In this document: positions 1 to 8,523 of the stretch, one piece after another
How the letters are laid out: each line of letters starts with the position of its first letter
Numbering within the stretch: position 1 is the stretch's first letter
Assembly: GCA_943789275.1 (NCBI GenBank)
Contig: CALSTM010000001.1
Coordinates: 180,001 to 212,000, forward strand
Reading direction: 5' to 3'
Length of the DNA: 32,000 nucleotides
From: Candidatus Poseidoniaceae archaeon
Lineage (GTDB): Archaea > Thermoplasmatota > Poseidoniia > Poseidoniales > Poseidoniaceae
Program-made: the position numbers and the translations under genes
Notes under the pieces: model-generated
Databases searched by the model: none
Told to the model about the DNA's origin: nothing
Seen by the model: the letters and a program-made list of their open reading frames with translations, nothing else

Positions 1-572
1 GGATCAATTGGCTTCGTGAACATTCTGTTTGAAAGTGACATTGCAGTAATGGCAACCGCTTTTCGTCCAGTTGATTTGACAACATCCATACACGCTTTAG
101 CAAGAACAGTCGTTTCCGCACGGTTTGCATACACATTCGAGGAAACGATGACTGCTGGTATGGCGTTGTCAGGGTTGAGTAATTTCAGTGCCACCACTGA
201 GCCAACATCGATTGGAAATCCATGATAAGCAACTGTTCGGCTCTTTAAGCCACGCTTCTCGTTGGCTTTGTTCCATGCGTGAGCGAAGTTTTCATCGATG
301 TTGAACGAATAGGGGATGGAACCCAAATCGTGGAAGTCATTGTCCACCATGACCCATTCAGGATTTGGGTCAGCAATGATTTGATGTCCAATGATGCTTG
401 GCCACGTCGTCGAGTAAATGATGAGAAGGTCTGCCCCACTGTCCTTGATTCGTTGCGATGCTTCAGAAAAGGCATCTCGCAAGCGACCCCAACCTTCGTT
501 TTGGTCTGCTGCTAAAACGGTATGTGGATGGACCGGCACGATGTACGAGCCTACCAGTTCTCCGTTGCTCAT
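1..572 (-). CDS. Class III (LigB-type) extradiol dioxygenase family protein, second paralogue; its 3' end runs off the left edge of the window
   Basis: My own reverse-complement translation from ATG (572-570) gives MSNGELVGSYIVPVHPHTVLAADQNEGWGRLRDAFSEASQRIKDSGADLLIIYSTTWPS... The frame stays open to position 1; I checked it for in-frame tta/cta/tca. It is absent from the ORF track because it has no stop in the window. Its N-terminus aligns with the upstream paralogue (MSKGEIVAGCLAPHPPHLV). GGAGG lies 7 nt upstream, and there is an ATGA stop/start overlap at 569-572. Confidence 0.75.
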   Translation of the reverse strand, partial: MSNGELVGSYIVPVHPHTVLAADQNEGWGRLRDAFSEASQRIKDSGADLLIIYSTTWPSIIGHQIIADPNPEWVMVDNDFHDLGSIPYSFNIDENFAHAWNKANEKRGLKSRTVAYHGFPIDVGSVVALKLLNPDNAIPAVIVSSNVYANRAETTVLAKACMDVVKSTGRKAVAITAMSLSNRMFTKPID

Positions 573-1471
573 TCACTCGCCTCCTTGTGGTGGCGTTCCG
601 GCCATTCAACAATGGCGTTTCCAGTTCCGATGATGGTGCCGTATCCGTGCAGGATGCCCGGATAATTGGGGACGTCGAGCGTTGAGAGGAGCCATGACAA
701 TCCCCCGCCATCGCTTTCTGCTATCGCCTGTTCAGTAAATTCTGGCATTTCATCAAGGATACGTTGCGATTGACCAGTTCGGAAGTATTCAATCATACGC
801 ATGTCCCAGAGATGCATGGCATGACTGGCAATATGTTCCTTACTCATATCTTCAGGAATGGCGGATTCAGTGGTGAAATGTCGATGGGAGAGTGAATTGC
901 TGGCCAAAACAACAACTTTCTTGCCACTTGCAAGGATTGCTTCTCGAGTCACACGGCCGAGTTCAATCATCATCTCCTGCATGACTTCAACCGAGTAGTA
1001 ATCTCTTGAACGGTTGCTTGAAATGACAACAAGTGGCTTGTCCCACTGAGGATTGAACATATGTCCAGTGGTAATTGTCCCGTAGTCGACTCGAAAGTCA
1101 GGGTTTTCCATCATCTTGACAGCGAGCCCAGCATCAGCTGCTCGGTCGTGAATTTGACGAGACAAATCGACATCGATGTTGAGATCATAGTGGTAACGGA
1201 ACAGGTTTGGGAACACGGGGTCCACCGAGAGGCTCTTGAACGAAGGTAGCCCAAGGAAATGTGTCCCAATGTATGTTTGCCAGTGTGGGGAAAGTAAGAC
1301 GATAGCATCGTAATCAACATTGGCAAGTGATTCTCGCAAGCGCTCATACCCCCATCGCAATTGTTCCCATCCACCTTCTGCAGTGGGTTCATTTTGCTCC
1401 GGATTTTCAGCATACACCAGGTGGGGAGGGTGTGGTGCTAAGCAGCCTGCGACGATTTCGCCCTTCGACAT
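569..1471 (-). CDS. Class III (LigB-type) extradiol ring-cleavage dioxygenase family protein
   Basis: The track ORF is 569..1552. Motif blocks are APHPPHLV, IVLLSPHW, DYGTITTGH and LASNSLSHRH, typical of the LigB/AmnB/HpcB-type fold (from memory). I prefer the ATG at 1471 for two reasons. MSKGEIVAG... matches the paralogue's N-terminus, and a TATA-like element lies 26 nt upstream. The 1552 start would leave only 20 nt to the divergent gene. Confidence 0.8.
   Translation of the reverse strand: MSKGEIVAGCLAPHPPHLVYAENPEQNEPTAEGGWEQLRWGYERLRESLANVDYDAIVLLSPHWQTYIGTHFLGLPSFKSLSVDPVFPNLFRYHYDLNIDVDLSRQIHDRAADAGLAVKMMENPDFRVDYGTITTGHMFNPQWDKPLVVISSNRSRDYYSVEVMQEMMIELGRVTREAILASGKKVVVLASNSLSHRHFTTESAIPEDMSKEHIASHAMHLWDMRMIEYFRTGQSQRILDEMPEFTEQAIAESDGGGLSWLLSTLDVPNYPGILHGYGTIIGTGNAIVEWPERHHKEASE
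580..584 (-). promoter_or_regulatory. Shine-Dalgarno-like GGAGG for the downstream LigB paralogue
   Basis: Plus-strand cctcc at 580-584 reads GGAGG on the minus strand. It lies 7 nt before ATG 572, inside the 3' end of the upstream gene. Confidence 0.55.
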
Positions 1472-1493
1472 GAGCAAACCCATGCATCGGGGG

Positions 1494-1500
1494 ATTATAT
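1494..1500 (-). promoter_or_regulatory. TATA-box-like element (ATATAAT on the minus strand) about 26 nt upstream of ATG 1471
   Basis: Plus-strand attatat at 1494-1500. Its position matches the -26 spacing seen at several other first genes in this window. Confidence 0.4.
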
Positions 1501-1572
1501 CGGCATCGGAGAATGCCTCTTCTCTTACCATCTTGACCGAACCCTCAAACAAGGTGGAGTTTTGGGTGTAAT

Positions 1573-2064
1573 ATGGAGCCGGCAGAGGTGGATGTTGAAG
1601 TCCCGGTTCGCACCCCTTTCTTGATGCGAGCGTTTGATTTCAATACCGGCTTACGGCACATTATCGCTCCAGCGCTTATCGGCGTGGTCTTGGGTGGTTT
1701 CTGGCAATACAGTGTCATGCCGAACATTGGTGAAATCAATTTGCCAAATCCGATTCACGGTGCGTTCTTCATCAGTATTCTTTTGTCTCCACTTCTCTAT
1801 CGAATTCTCGTTGGAGACGATATGTCTCGGTGGATGGAATACACGTTCGGCCTCACCTTGCTTGGCCTGATTTTCTCGGTCATTTGGCTTTCAGGTTGGG
1901 GTGCAGTATTTTGTGGTGGATACGGTGCTTTGTTGGTGTGGGTTTGGATCAGCACAGACTGGGGGCGCTATGACCTTCCTCCGTTCCGTTACGGATTGTG
2001 GCACGCTTTTGCTATTGACTTGGGCGCATTCGCAGGCAGCGTTATTGTGTTCGCACAATTTTGA
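1573..2064 (+). CDS. Hypothetical integral membrane protein (about 4 predicted TM helices)
   Basis: ORF of 163 aa with hydrophobic segments IIAPALIGVVLGGFW, AFFISILLSPLLY, LTLLGLIFSVIWLSGWGAVFCGG and AFAIDLGAFAGSVIVFA. An alternative start is ATG 1624. I recognised no family. Confidence 0.5.
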   Translation: MEPAEVDVEVPVRTPFLMRAFDFNTGLRHIIAPALIGVVLGGFWQYSVMPNIGEINLPNPIHGAFFISILLSPLLYRILVGDDMSRWMEYTFGLTLLGLIFSVIWLSGWGAVFCGGYGALLVWVWISTDWGRYDLPPFRYGLWHAFAIDLGAFAGSVIVFAQF

Positions 2065-2886
2065 TTACGAAGTATAACTTTCCTCGCTGCTTGGGAAATC
2101 TCCTGAACGGACGTCTGAGCAATAACTCTTGATTGCGCCATCGATTTCATCGGCGAGGTTGAGGTATCGGCGGAGGAATCGCGGGGAGAAATCCATGGTA
2201 ATGCCAAGTAAGTCATGAAGAACCAAGACTTGACCATCGCAGTCGGGCCCTGCTCCGATACCAATTGTAGGAATTGAGATTGCTTCACTCACTTTTTTCG
2301 CTAATTCTCGAGGTATTTTTTCAAGCACAATTGCAAAACAGCCAGCCTTTTCGAGTAATTTCGCATCTTCAATGAGTTTTCCTGCTTCTTCATCTTCTTT
2401 GGCACGAACGGTGTAGGTCCCAAATTTGTAGATGGATTGTGGTGTGAGTCCAAGGTGCCCCATCACTGGTATCCCGGCGGTAAGAATTCGCTCGATAGAG
2501 GGTAAGATCTCAGCACCACCTTCGAGTTTAACGGCATGACCTTCCGACTCCTTCATGATGCGAATAGCGGATTCCAGAGCAATGGCCGAGTTGCCTTGGT
2601 ACGTTCCGAAGGGCATGTCGACAACAATCAAGGCGCGATCGACTGCTCGTTGCACACACTGAGCGTGGTAAATCATGTGTTCAAGGGTTATTGGAACGGT
2701 CGTGACCTGTCCAGCCATGACATTTGATGCGGAGTCTCCGACCAAGATGACATCCACACCGGCTTTATCAACAAGTTTGGCCAGTGAGTAATCGTAAGCG
2801 GTCAGCATGGTGATTTTTTCATCGGCACGCTTCATTTCCTGAAGAGTGTGCGTGGTAATCTTACGCGCTTCCTTGTGAACCGACAT
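2065..2886 (-). CDS. panB: 3-methyl-2-oxobutanoate hydroxymethyltransferase (ketopantoate hydroxymethyltransferase)
   Basis: 273 aa. [49 protein letters not shown] and GHLGLTPQS are classical PanB blocks. Confidence 0.93.
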   Translation of the reverse strand: MSVHKEARKITTHTLQEMKRADEKITMLTAYDYSLAKLVDKAGVDVILVGDSASNVMAGQVTTVPITLEHMIYHAQCVQRAVDRALIVVDMPFGTYQGNSAIALESAIRIMKESEGHAVKLEGGAEILPSIERILTAGIPVMGHLGLTPQSIYKFGTYTVRAKEDEEAGKLIEDAKLLEKAGCFAIVLEKIPRELAKKVSEAISIPTIGIGAGPDCDGQVLVLHDLLGITMDFSPRFLRRYLNLADEIDGAIKSYCSDVRSGDFPSSEESYTS

Positions 2887-2928
2887 GGACTTGCCACGGT
2901 TAAGTTTGATTTGAACCCTCGCAGGACT

Positions 2929-3654
2929 TCATTCCTCTTCATCGTGCGCCATAGCAACGTGATGAACCAATTCTTCGATTGCTTCGTCAAGGGTTGGACA
3001 TGCAAGAATTTGCTGTTTCGCCTCCAAAGTGGATAATACAAGCCCTGCAACTGCATAGATGGAATCCGAATCTTGGTCGATGGTCCGGTTCACTCGCTCA
3101 GTGACCCACATTTCCAAGAGGTCGTCTTCGATTCGAAGTACGGCTCCAATTCGTGTGAGGACATGATTCATTATTCCCTTGAGAATGGATTGTTGATCAC
3201 TGCTGATCTCCGCCTCAATGGCGTGAAAATCAACTCCAGCACTGATGTAGAGTTTGGAATGGTCACTTTCTTTAGGAACCATTTCGAGGAGTTCTTGGAC
3301 ATCCGGTAGTATTCCATCATCTTCAATAATTTCTTCAAACATCGGCGCGCTAAAAGGCGGCAAAGCTGGTGGCTTCACCTCATTGACAGTGAACCTTCTT
3401 CGACCAATAATTTGAACAAAATGATTGCTACCTTTGGTTTCGTGATGAAGTATTTCTGCCTCGCAACCGTGCGTTCGTGGCCCATCCCAAGCATTTGTAG
3501 GTGTAAATGGGTCGTTCATGACCACACCGAAATTCTTCTCGTCAAGCAAGCAGTCATCGAGCATTTGTCTGTAGCGGGGCTCAAAGATTCTCAGTTCTTG
3601 AATCTCTCCGGGCATCAGTACCATTGGGAGTACGAACAGCGGAAGATGAGCCAT
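2929..3654 (-). CDS. Stand-alone Lon N-terminal (LON substrate-binding, PUA-like) domain protein
   Basis: 241 aa. The N-terminus LPLFVLPMVLMPGEIQELRIFEPRYRQML matches the LPLFPL..V.FPG....L.IFEPRY signature of the Lon N-domain. It has no AAA+ or protease module. Confidence 0.8.
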   Translation of the reverse strand: MAHLPLFVLPMVLMPGEIQELRIFEPRYRQMLDDCLLDEKNFGVVMNDPFTPTNAWDGPRTHGCEAEILHHETKGSNHFVQIIGRRRFTVNEVKPPALPPFSAPMFEEIIEDDGILPDVQELLEMVPKESDHSKLYISAGVDFHAIEAEISSDQQSILKGIMNHVLTRIGAVLRIEDDLLEMWVTERVNRTIDQDSDSIYAVAGLVLSTLEAKQQILACPTLDEAIEELVHHVAMAHDEEE

Positions 3655-3690
3655 GATGTTGATTATGGCATTTACCTTTTGAAGATATGT

Positions 3691-5151
3691 TTACTCGGAG
3701 AGTTTCCCAGATTTAACGCAAACATTTGTCATTTCAGAAAAGAACTCCATTGACCATTTGCCTCCTTCTCTTCCGACTCCGGAATTTTTTACGCCACCGA
3801 AAGGGGTTCGCAAATCTCTGTGCAACCATGTGTTGACCCAAACAATGCCTGTTTCAATCTTGGTCGCCAGGTCACGCCCACGCTCAAGGTCAGTCGTCCA
3901 AACGGATCCTGCAAGGCCGTATTCCGAGTGATTCGCCATTTCCACGGCTTGCTCCTCGGTATCAAATGTGTGAAGGGTGACCATTGGGCCAAAAATTTCC
4001 TCAGTCGCACAACGAGAGGTGTGTGGTAAATCGGCCACAACCGTCGGACGCAAAAACGCCCCAATACCATCTGGTCCCTTGAACCCGGTCATTGCTCGGG
4101 TTCCACCCGTCAATACTGTGCCTCCTTCTGCGAGTCCTAATTCAATGTACGACTCTACTTTTTCAAGATGCTCTGGCGAGATCACTGAACCCATGACGGT
4201 TTCAGCGAGCGATGGGTTTCCAATCTGAATGGATTCGACTTTTTCGATAAACAGTTTCGTGAAATTGTCAGCAATTGATGCATCAACAAGTATGCGAGAG
4301 CCGCACAAACACACTTGGCCAGAATTGCTGAACGCAGCCCGAACAGCGCCGTCCACGGCTTGAGTGAGGTCAGCATCTCGAAGTACGATGGTGGCGTTCT
4401 TACCGCCGAGTTCCAGTGATAGTTTCTTGAACATTGGTGCGGCAGTACGGGCGACAATTCGTCCGGTTGCGGTACCGCCTGTGAAGGAGATCCCCTTGAT
4501 ACCAGGAGCTTCAAGAATAGACTGGCCGACTTCGGGCCCAAGGCCATGAACGAGGTTGAACACACCTGGTGGTAACTCCAATTCATGCAATGTTTCAGCC
4601 AGAATATTGGCAGTGAGTGGAGTTATTTCGCTTGGCTTAGCCACGATGGTATTTCCCATGAGCAGTGCAGGCGCCACTTTCCAACTCAACAGATACAGGG
4701 GTAAATTCCATGGAGTGATGAGGCCAACAGTTCCGACCGGAGAACGATGGACGTAGTTCATCGCATCGGCCATTTCAAAGGTCATTTGGGGTTGTTCGCG
4801 GCTGAACTCTGCAAAGAATCGAAAATTGCTGACCGAACGTGAAGCGTCCACTCGCCGTGCAAGAGAGATTGGTTTGCCAGTATCCATGGATTCGGTTTGA
4901 GCAATGTGTTCGTGTTTAGCCTCCAAAGCATCCGCAATGCGGTCAAGCCAGTCAGCGCGCTCCATCATTGACAGGGCTCCCCATTCCGATTGAGTGGACT
5001 GAGCAGCAACCACTGCCAATTCAACATCAGCCGCCTTCGAGCGTGGAATGGTTGCGATACATTGTGCAGTGGCTGGGTTGAAATCGTCAAGAGTTTCTCC
5101 ATCGAGGGCGGGCTGAAATACACCGCCGATGTAGTTCTTGATTTCGAGCAT
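3691..5151 (-). CDS. NAD(P)-dependent aldehyde dehydrogenase, 2-hydroxymuconic/2-aminomuconic semialdehyde dehydrogenase-like
   Basis: ALDH blocks are LELGGKNA, the catalytic Cys block GQVCLCGSRILV, and EEIFGPV-like EEIFGPMV. The KPISLARRVDASRSVSNFRFFAEF block resembles the XylG/DmpC/AmnC/HpcC branch (from memory). The track start 5208 overlaps the upstream gene. ATG 5151 (MLEIKNYIGG) lies 2 nt after that gene's stop and has GGAG 8 nt upstream. Confidence 0.9.
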   Translation of the reverse strand: MLEIKNYIGGVFQPALDGETLDDFNPATAQCIATIPRSKAADVELAVVAAQSTQSEWGALSMMERADWLDRIADALEAKHEHIAQTESMDTGKPISLARRVDASRSVSNFRFFAEFSREQPQMTFEMADAMNYVHRSPVGTVGLITPWNLPLYLLSWKVAPALLMGNTIVAKPSEITPLTANILAETLHELELPPGVFNLVHGLGPEVGQSILEAPGIKGISFTGGTATGRIVARTAAPMFKKLSLELGGKNATIVLRDADLTQAVDGAVRAAFSNSGQVCLCGSRILVDASIADNFTKLFIEKVESIQIGNPSLAETVMGSVISPEHLEKVESYIELGLAEGGTVLTGGTRAMTGFKGPDGIGAFLRPTVVADLPHTSRCATEEIFGPMVTLHTFDTEEQAVEMANHSEYGLAGSVWTTDLERGRDLATKIETGIVWVNTWLHRDLRTPFGGVKNSGVGREGGKWSMEFFSEMTNVCVKSGKLSE

Positions 5152-5153
5152 GC

Positions 5154-6269
5154 TCACATCTCCACATCGTACAACCATCGGTCTTGGTCGGGGTCCCACT
5201 CGTCCCAAGTCGGTAGTTTCTCAAGTTGCGGCAAATAATGCTCGGGAACAATCCCTGGGACGATGAATGCTTTCTGACGATGCAGTGGATACGGGTTACG
5301 CAAATTGATTCCTAAGACTCCGAGTACAGCCCGGGCAACATACCACATCGCCTGTGAATTCCAACCGTGAGCGATTTTAACGACGATTCCGAGTCCTTTT
5401 GGGTAATCTGGGTGTTCAATTGCAAGACCGAGTAGACCATCCGCTCCTTCTTTAGCGATGACCTTTCCTTCACCGGCTTTGAGAACAGTTGAGTCAAGGC
5501 GGTTGAAACCTCCGACGAGGTCGGGGTGTCGAACCATTGCTTCCCAAATCCAATCCTTATCTTTGTCACGAACTAATCCGGCATATATCTGAGCTAATTC
5601 AGCAACCGTATTGGACACCGTTGGGAGCCCGCAGCCATCCTTGGCAATACGGAGAGGTTTCCATTCTTGGCCGAGGTAAGTCCTTAGTTCGACCATGTAG
5701 GCGTCAAAGACTTCGTGCGTTGGCAGGGTGTAACCAGCACGGTTCCAACCCTTTTTTCGGCAGCCGAGTAAGATTGCAGCGTGTTCACCCGAGCAGGTAT
5801 GGAACCATCGTCGGGGTCGACGAACTTGTCGACCAAATTGTATCAGTGGCACATCGAGTGGTGTAAGCATCAACGGCCATTCTTCTTGAGAAAGAAGTGA
5901 TTGAGCAGCAGCAACGTGTTCTGTATCTCCGTTATGGGACGCTACGGCTATTGCTTTTTGTTCCCAAGTGGTGTCTGCCAGTTCTTCTGTGAACGCTTTG
6001 AGCATAAACGGCTTCATCATTGAACGGCCGTAACACAGTACATTTCCGCCAAACGAGTGGATCACTTCATCGCCGTGAGACCAAGCAATTGCACCATGAA
6101 TGGTCGTTTCGGATACACCGTTTCTGCGGTAGTCGACCAAAGGCTCCCAAGCGACTTCTCGACCGGTTGGAATTCCTTCGACTTTTTCGCCTAAGGGCGA
6201 GTCCGGATAAAGAGAACTTCCCGGTTTCCCCGGCTCAACAGCGGAGGGTGTGTCGTGTTCGATGGTCAT
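5154..6269 (-). CDS. Asparaginase II family protein (Rhizobium etli AnsA-type fold)
   Basis: Blocks GRSMMKPF, ASHNGDTEH, CSGEHAAILLGC, DGCGLP and KEGADGLLG match the R-S-x-x-K-P, SH-x-G, CSGKH, DGCG and K-x-GAEG motifs of the asparaginase_II family (from memory). The track start 6287 is a TTG that overlaps the upstream gene by 14 nt. ATG 6269 lies 4 nt after the upstream stop, with AGGTG 9 nt upstream. Confidence 0.78.
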   Translation of the reverse strand: MTIEHDTPSAVEPGKPGSSLYPDSPLGEKVEGIPTGREVAWEPLVDYRRNGVSETTIHGAIAWSHGDEVIHSFGGNVLCYGRSMMKPFMLKAFTEELADTTWEQKAIAVASHNGDTEHVAAAQSLLSQEEWPLMLTPLDVPLIQFGRQVRRPRRWFHTCSGEHAAILLGCRKKGWNRAGYTLPTHEVFDAYMVELRTYLGQEWKPLRIAKDGCGLPTVSNTVAELAQIYAGLVRDKDKDWIWEAMVRHPDLVGGFNRLDSTVLKAGEGKVIAKEGADGLLGLAIEHPDYPKGLGIVVKIAHGWNSQAMWYVARAVLGVLGINLRNPYPLHRQKAFIVPGIVPEHYLPQLEKLPTWDEWDPDQDRWLYDVEM

Positions 6270-6273
6270 TGTA

Positions 6274-7560
6274 TCACGCACCTGCAAGAATTTTTTCGAC
6301 CCGAGGGGCGACCTGCTGCATGTAGGCAGTCATGTCCCGACATACGCGCTCTGAATCATGGTTGAAGAAATCAAACCAAGCCATGATTCGGTCTTCGGGG
6401 TGGAACCGTTCAACGATCTGCTGGGCGATTTCTTCGGCGTTTCCGATGAGGGCATTTTGCGCAGCATTCTCAACTTTCGAGGGGTCGATTGTACCTTCGA
6501 GGGCATTCCAGTACGCTCCCAATGCTGCCTTTGCTTCACGGTGAGCGGTTGCGCTTTGTTCCTCAGAAGTCAAACCCTCTTCGGCGTTAAGGAACACGAA
6601 AGAAGTTCGAGGCATGTCACTTCGTTTCCAAGCCCCTCCATCAGGATGGTACACTTCGCTCATCCTTGCGTGGGTGGCATCAATGACTTCTGGTTTTGTG
6701 ATTGATAAATTGAAAACTTTGACCGGTAGGATTGTGTTCAAGAATTCTTGAGCCCTTGGGTCATGTGTTCCTGCAATAAGTCGCAGTAACTCTCTTCGGA
6801 ACGTGTGAGGTATGATTTTCAAATCTTCAAACACGTATCGCTTCGGGATCTCGATTTCATCGGGAGCATCGTTGGACTGTTCAAATTCCATGGCTGCTTG
6901 CTGTACTCTTTCCCAGTCTTCATCACTGCGGAAATTCGAACGAGAGAGAACGGTACGGTAAGTTGATTCGGAATTGACCACATCACCTCGAAGCAATTTC
7001 AAAAACACATCACTTGCTTCCATGAATATTTGTCCACGAAGAGCGGGCCATGCCGCTTCTTCTATCGAATTACGAGGTACGATTCCGTAGGGTCTCGCCA
7101 TGAACTCAAACCTACCAGCAGAGAATCCAATGTGTAATTTACGGTTTTCATCGGGGTTAAGGCCGTGCAACAGCAGCGTGTTTGCGATTCGCTCCGCTTG
7201 GGCGATTGGTCCACCGGAGGCTAGAATCGAAACAACTGCACTACCGATTTCGATGTTTCGAGTTTGTCGAAACGATTCCATCGCAAGTTGTGGGAAGTCG
7301 GTACACAAGCCGACTTCACCTTTCCAGTGAGGTACGACAGGTTTCGAATTTGACTGCTGAGTTTCTGTCGAGAGATGGGCTTGTGCAATCCACCCCACTC
7401 CAAAGCCAAGCGAATCAGCAACCTTGAGTTGTTGGAAGTAGTTTCGGAACATGTCGTGTTCCGAGGGAACATGCCCATTTGCATCAGGGGTCTGACTGAT
7501 TGAGAAAAAAATGTCGTGGTCCATGGGTGGCACCAGTACCGCCAGTCGAATCCCCACCAT
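6274..7560 (-). CDS. Luciferase-like (LLM class) flavin-dependent oxidoreductase, long form
   Basis: 428 aa. The N-terminus has IFFSISQTP...LGFGVGWIAQAHL, typical of LLM TIM-barrel monooxygenases. An alternative start is ATG 7524 (MDHDIFF). Confidence 0.65.
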   Translation of the reverse strand: MVGIRLAVLVPPMDHDIFFSISQTPDANGHVPSEHDMFRNYFQQLKVADSLGFGVGWIAQAHLSTETQQSNSKPVVPHWKGEVGLCTDFPQLAMESFRQTRNIEIGSAVVSILASGGPIAQAERIANTLLLHGLNPDENRKLHIGFSAGRFEFMARPYGIVPRNSIEEAAWPALRGQIFMEASDVFLKLLRGDVVNSESTYRTVLSRSNFRSDEDWERVQQAAMEFEQSNDAPDEIEIPKRYVFEDLKIIPHTFRRELLRLIAGTHDPRAQEFLNTILPVKVFNLSITKPEVIDATHARMSEVYHPDGGAWKRSDMPRTSFVFLNAEEGLTSEEQSATAHREAKAALGAYWNALEGTIDPSKVENAAQNALIGNAEEIAQQIVERFHPEDRIMAWFDFFNHDSERVCRDMTAYMQQVAPRVEKILAGA

Positions 7561-7587
7561 AACGAGTGTGGCGAAATCGAATGGTTC

Positions 7588-8433
7588 TCAATCGGCATTC
7601 TTTGGGGAATTGGTGTTGTTAAAATCAGCGAGGTCCTCTATTCTTTGACGCACCGCAAGAGGTGTTGGTAATCCTGCGTTAATGAACGTGTGAAGGCAGT
7701 CCGAGAGTTGCAGCATTGCCGATTCATAGTCCTCTGCAATCTCAGCAATGTCGGCCAGACCCCACCGTGCCACGAGTTGACCTGAAAGGTCTTCCAGTTC
7801 ACCAGCCAGTTCAAGGGATTGTTCGTACAAATCCTTTGCTGCGGCAAAGTTTCCGATGGTTGCTTGAGAATGGGCCAAATCCGCCATTGCTTCAATTTGC
7901 GCTTCCTCATCTTTCATCTTCATGGCTAACTCGATGCGACGTGTACCGTGAACAATGGCCGTATCATGGTCGTTCATTTTCTTTGCACATGTTTCAAGCA
8001 AAGCCAGACCGTATGCGATTCCTGCATCATCATCAATGGATTCTCGCAGCCGAATAGAGCGGTTTGCAAACGCTTGTGCTTCCTCAGATTCATCCTTGCT
8101 CAAATGAAGAAGTGCCACATGATGGAAGATGGCAGCAGCCAAAGGAGCTCCGCTTTCAGCCGATTCTGCTTTGACGCCCAGTTCCGCAAAGGTGTCGACA
8201 TCTGATGCTGAATGTTTGAGGCCTTCAAAATCCGCCCAGCCTTGCTCCAGTTCATCTGCTGCGTTTTTCTTTGCGTGATGCAAAAGGCGTTCTGACAGTT
8301 CGATGTCCTCCAGTTCTTTTGCAAGGGGGATGAGCCGTAGGGCCAGTGGAGTATTGATGTCATCCATTGCCCCGCCTGCTGTCAGCATGTCGAGGATTTT
8401 ACGGGCTTGTTCTGCATTGACTTCGCCGTTCAT
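7588..8433 (-). CDS. Acidic all-helical TPR-like repeat protein (hypothetical)
   Basis: 281 aa. It has repeated roughly 40-aa helical hairpin units rich in A/L/E, for example AQAFANRSIRL.., IAYGLALLETCAKK.., AMADLAHSQATIGNFAAAKDLYEQSLEL. It is the first gene of the 8433->2065 minus-strand run. Confidence 0.5.
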   Translation of the reverse strand: MNGEVNAEQARKILDMLTAGGAMDDINTPLALRLIPLAKELEDIELSERLLHHAKKNAADELEQGWADFEGLKHSASDVDTFAELGVKAESAESGAPLAAAIFHHVALLHLSKDESEEAQAFANRSIRLRESIDDDAGIAYGLALLETCAKKMNDHDTAIVHGTRRIELAMKMKDEEAQIEAMADLAHSQATIGNFAAAKDLYEQSLELAGELEDLSGQLVARWGLADIAEIAEDYESAMLQLSDCLHTFINAGLPTPLAVRQRIEDLADFNNTNSPKNAD

Positions 8434-8493
8434 GACCCGTCGCAGTCACCGCGCGTGAAGAACCTATGTGTTTCCCTTCTTCGAACTTAAACC

Positions 8494-8501
8494 TTGATAA
8501 C
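8494..8501 (+). promoter_or_regulatory. TATA-like element TTGATAAC about 26 nt upstream of ATG 8524
   Basis: The TTG that the track uses as a start codon (8494) sits inside this A/T-rich element. The spacing to ATG 8524 matches the -26 pattern. Confidence 0.35.
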
Positions 8502-8523
8502 AGTGTTCAATCAGGGACTACGC

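Noticed and set aside
16-515. Track ORFs 16..225 (+), 245..475 (-), 279..515 (+) and neighbours near the left edge
   Set aside because: All of them overlap the long minus-strand frame that is open from 572 to position 1 and encodes a recognisable LigB-family N-terminus. Their peptides have no recognisable motifs. I treat them as shadow ORFs.
5152-5208. The 19-aa N-terminal extension of the ALDH (MGRVGPRPRPMVVRCGDVS), and a 14-nt overlap of the asparaginase-II gene with the LLM gene (6274-6287)
   Set aside because: Both depend on upstream or alternative (TTG) starts. Downstream ATGs (5151 and 6269) sit 2-4 nt after the preceding stop with SD-like motifs, and they give N-termini typical for the families.
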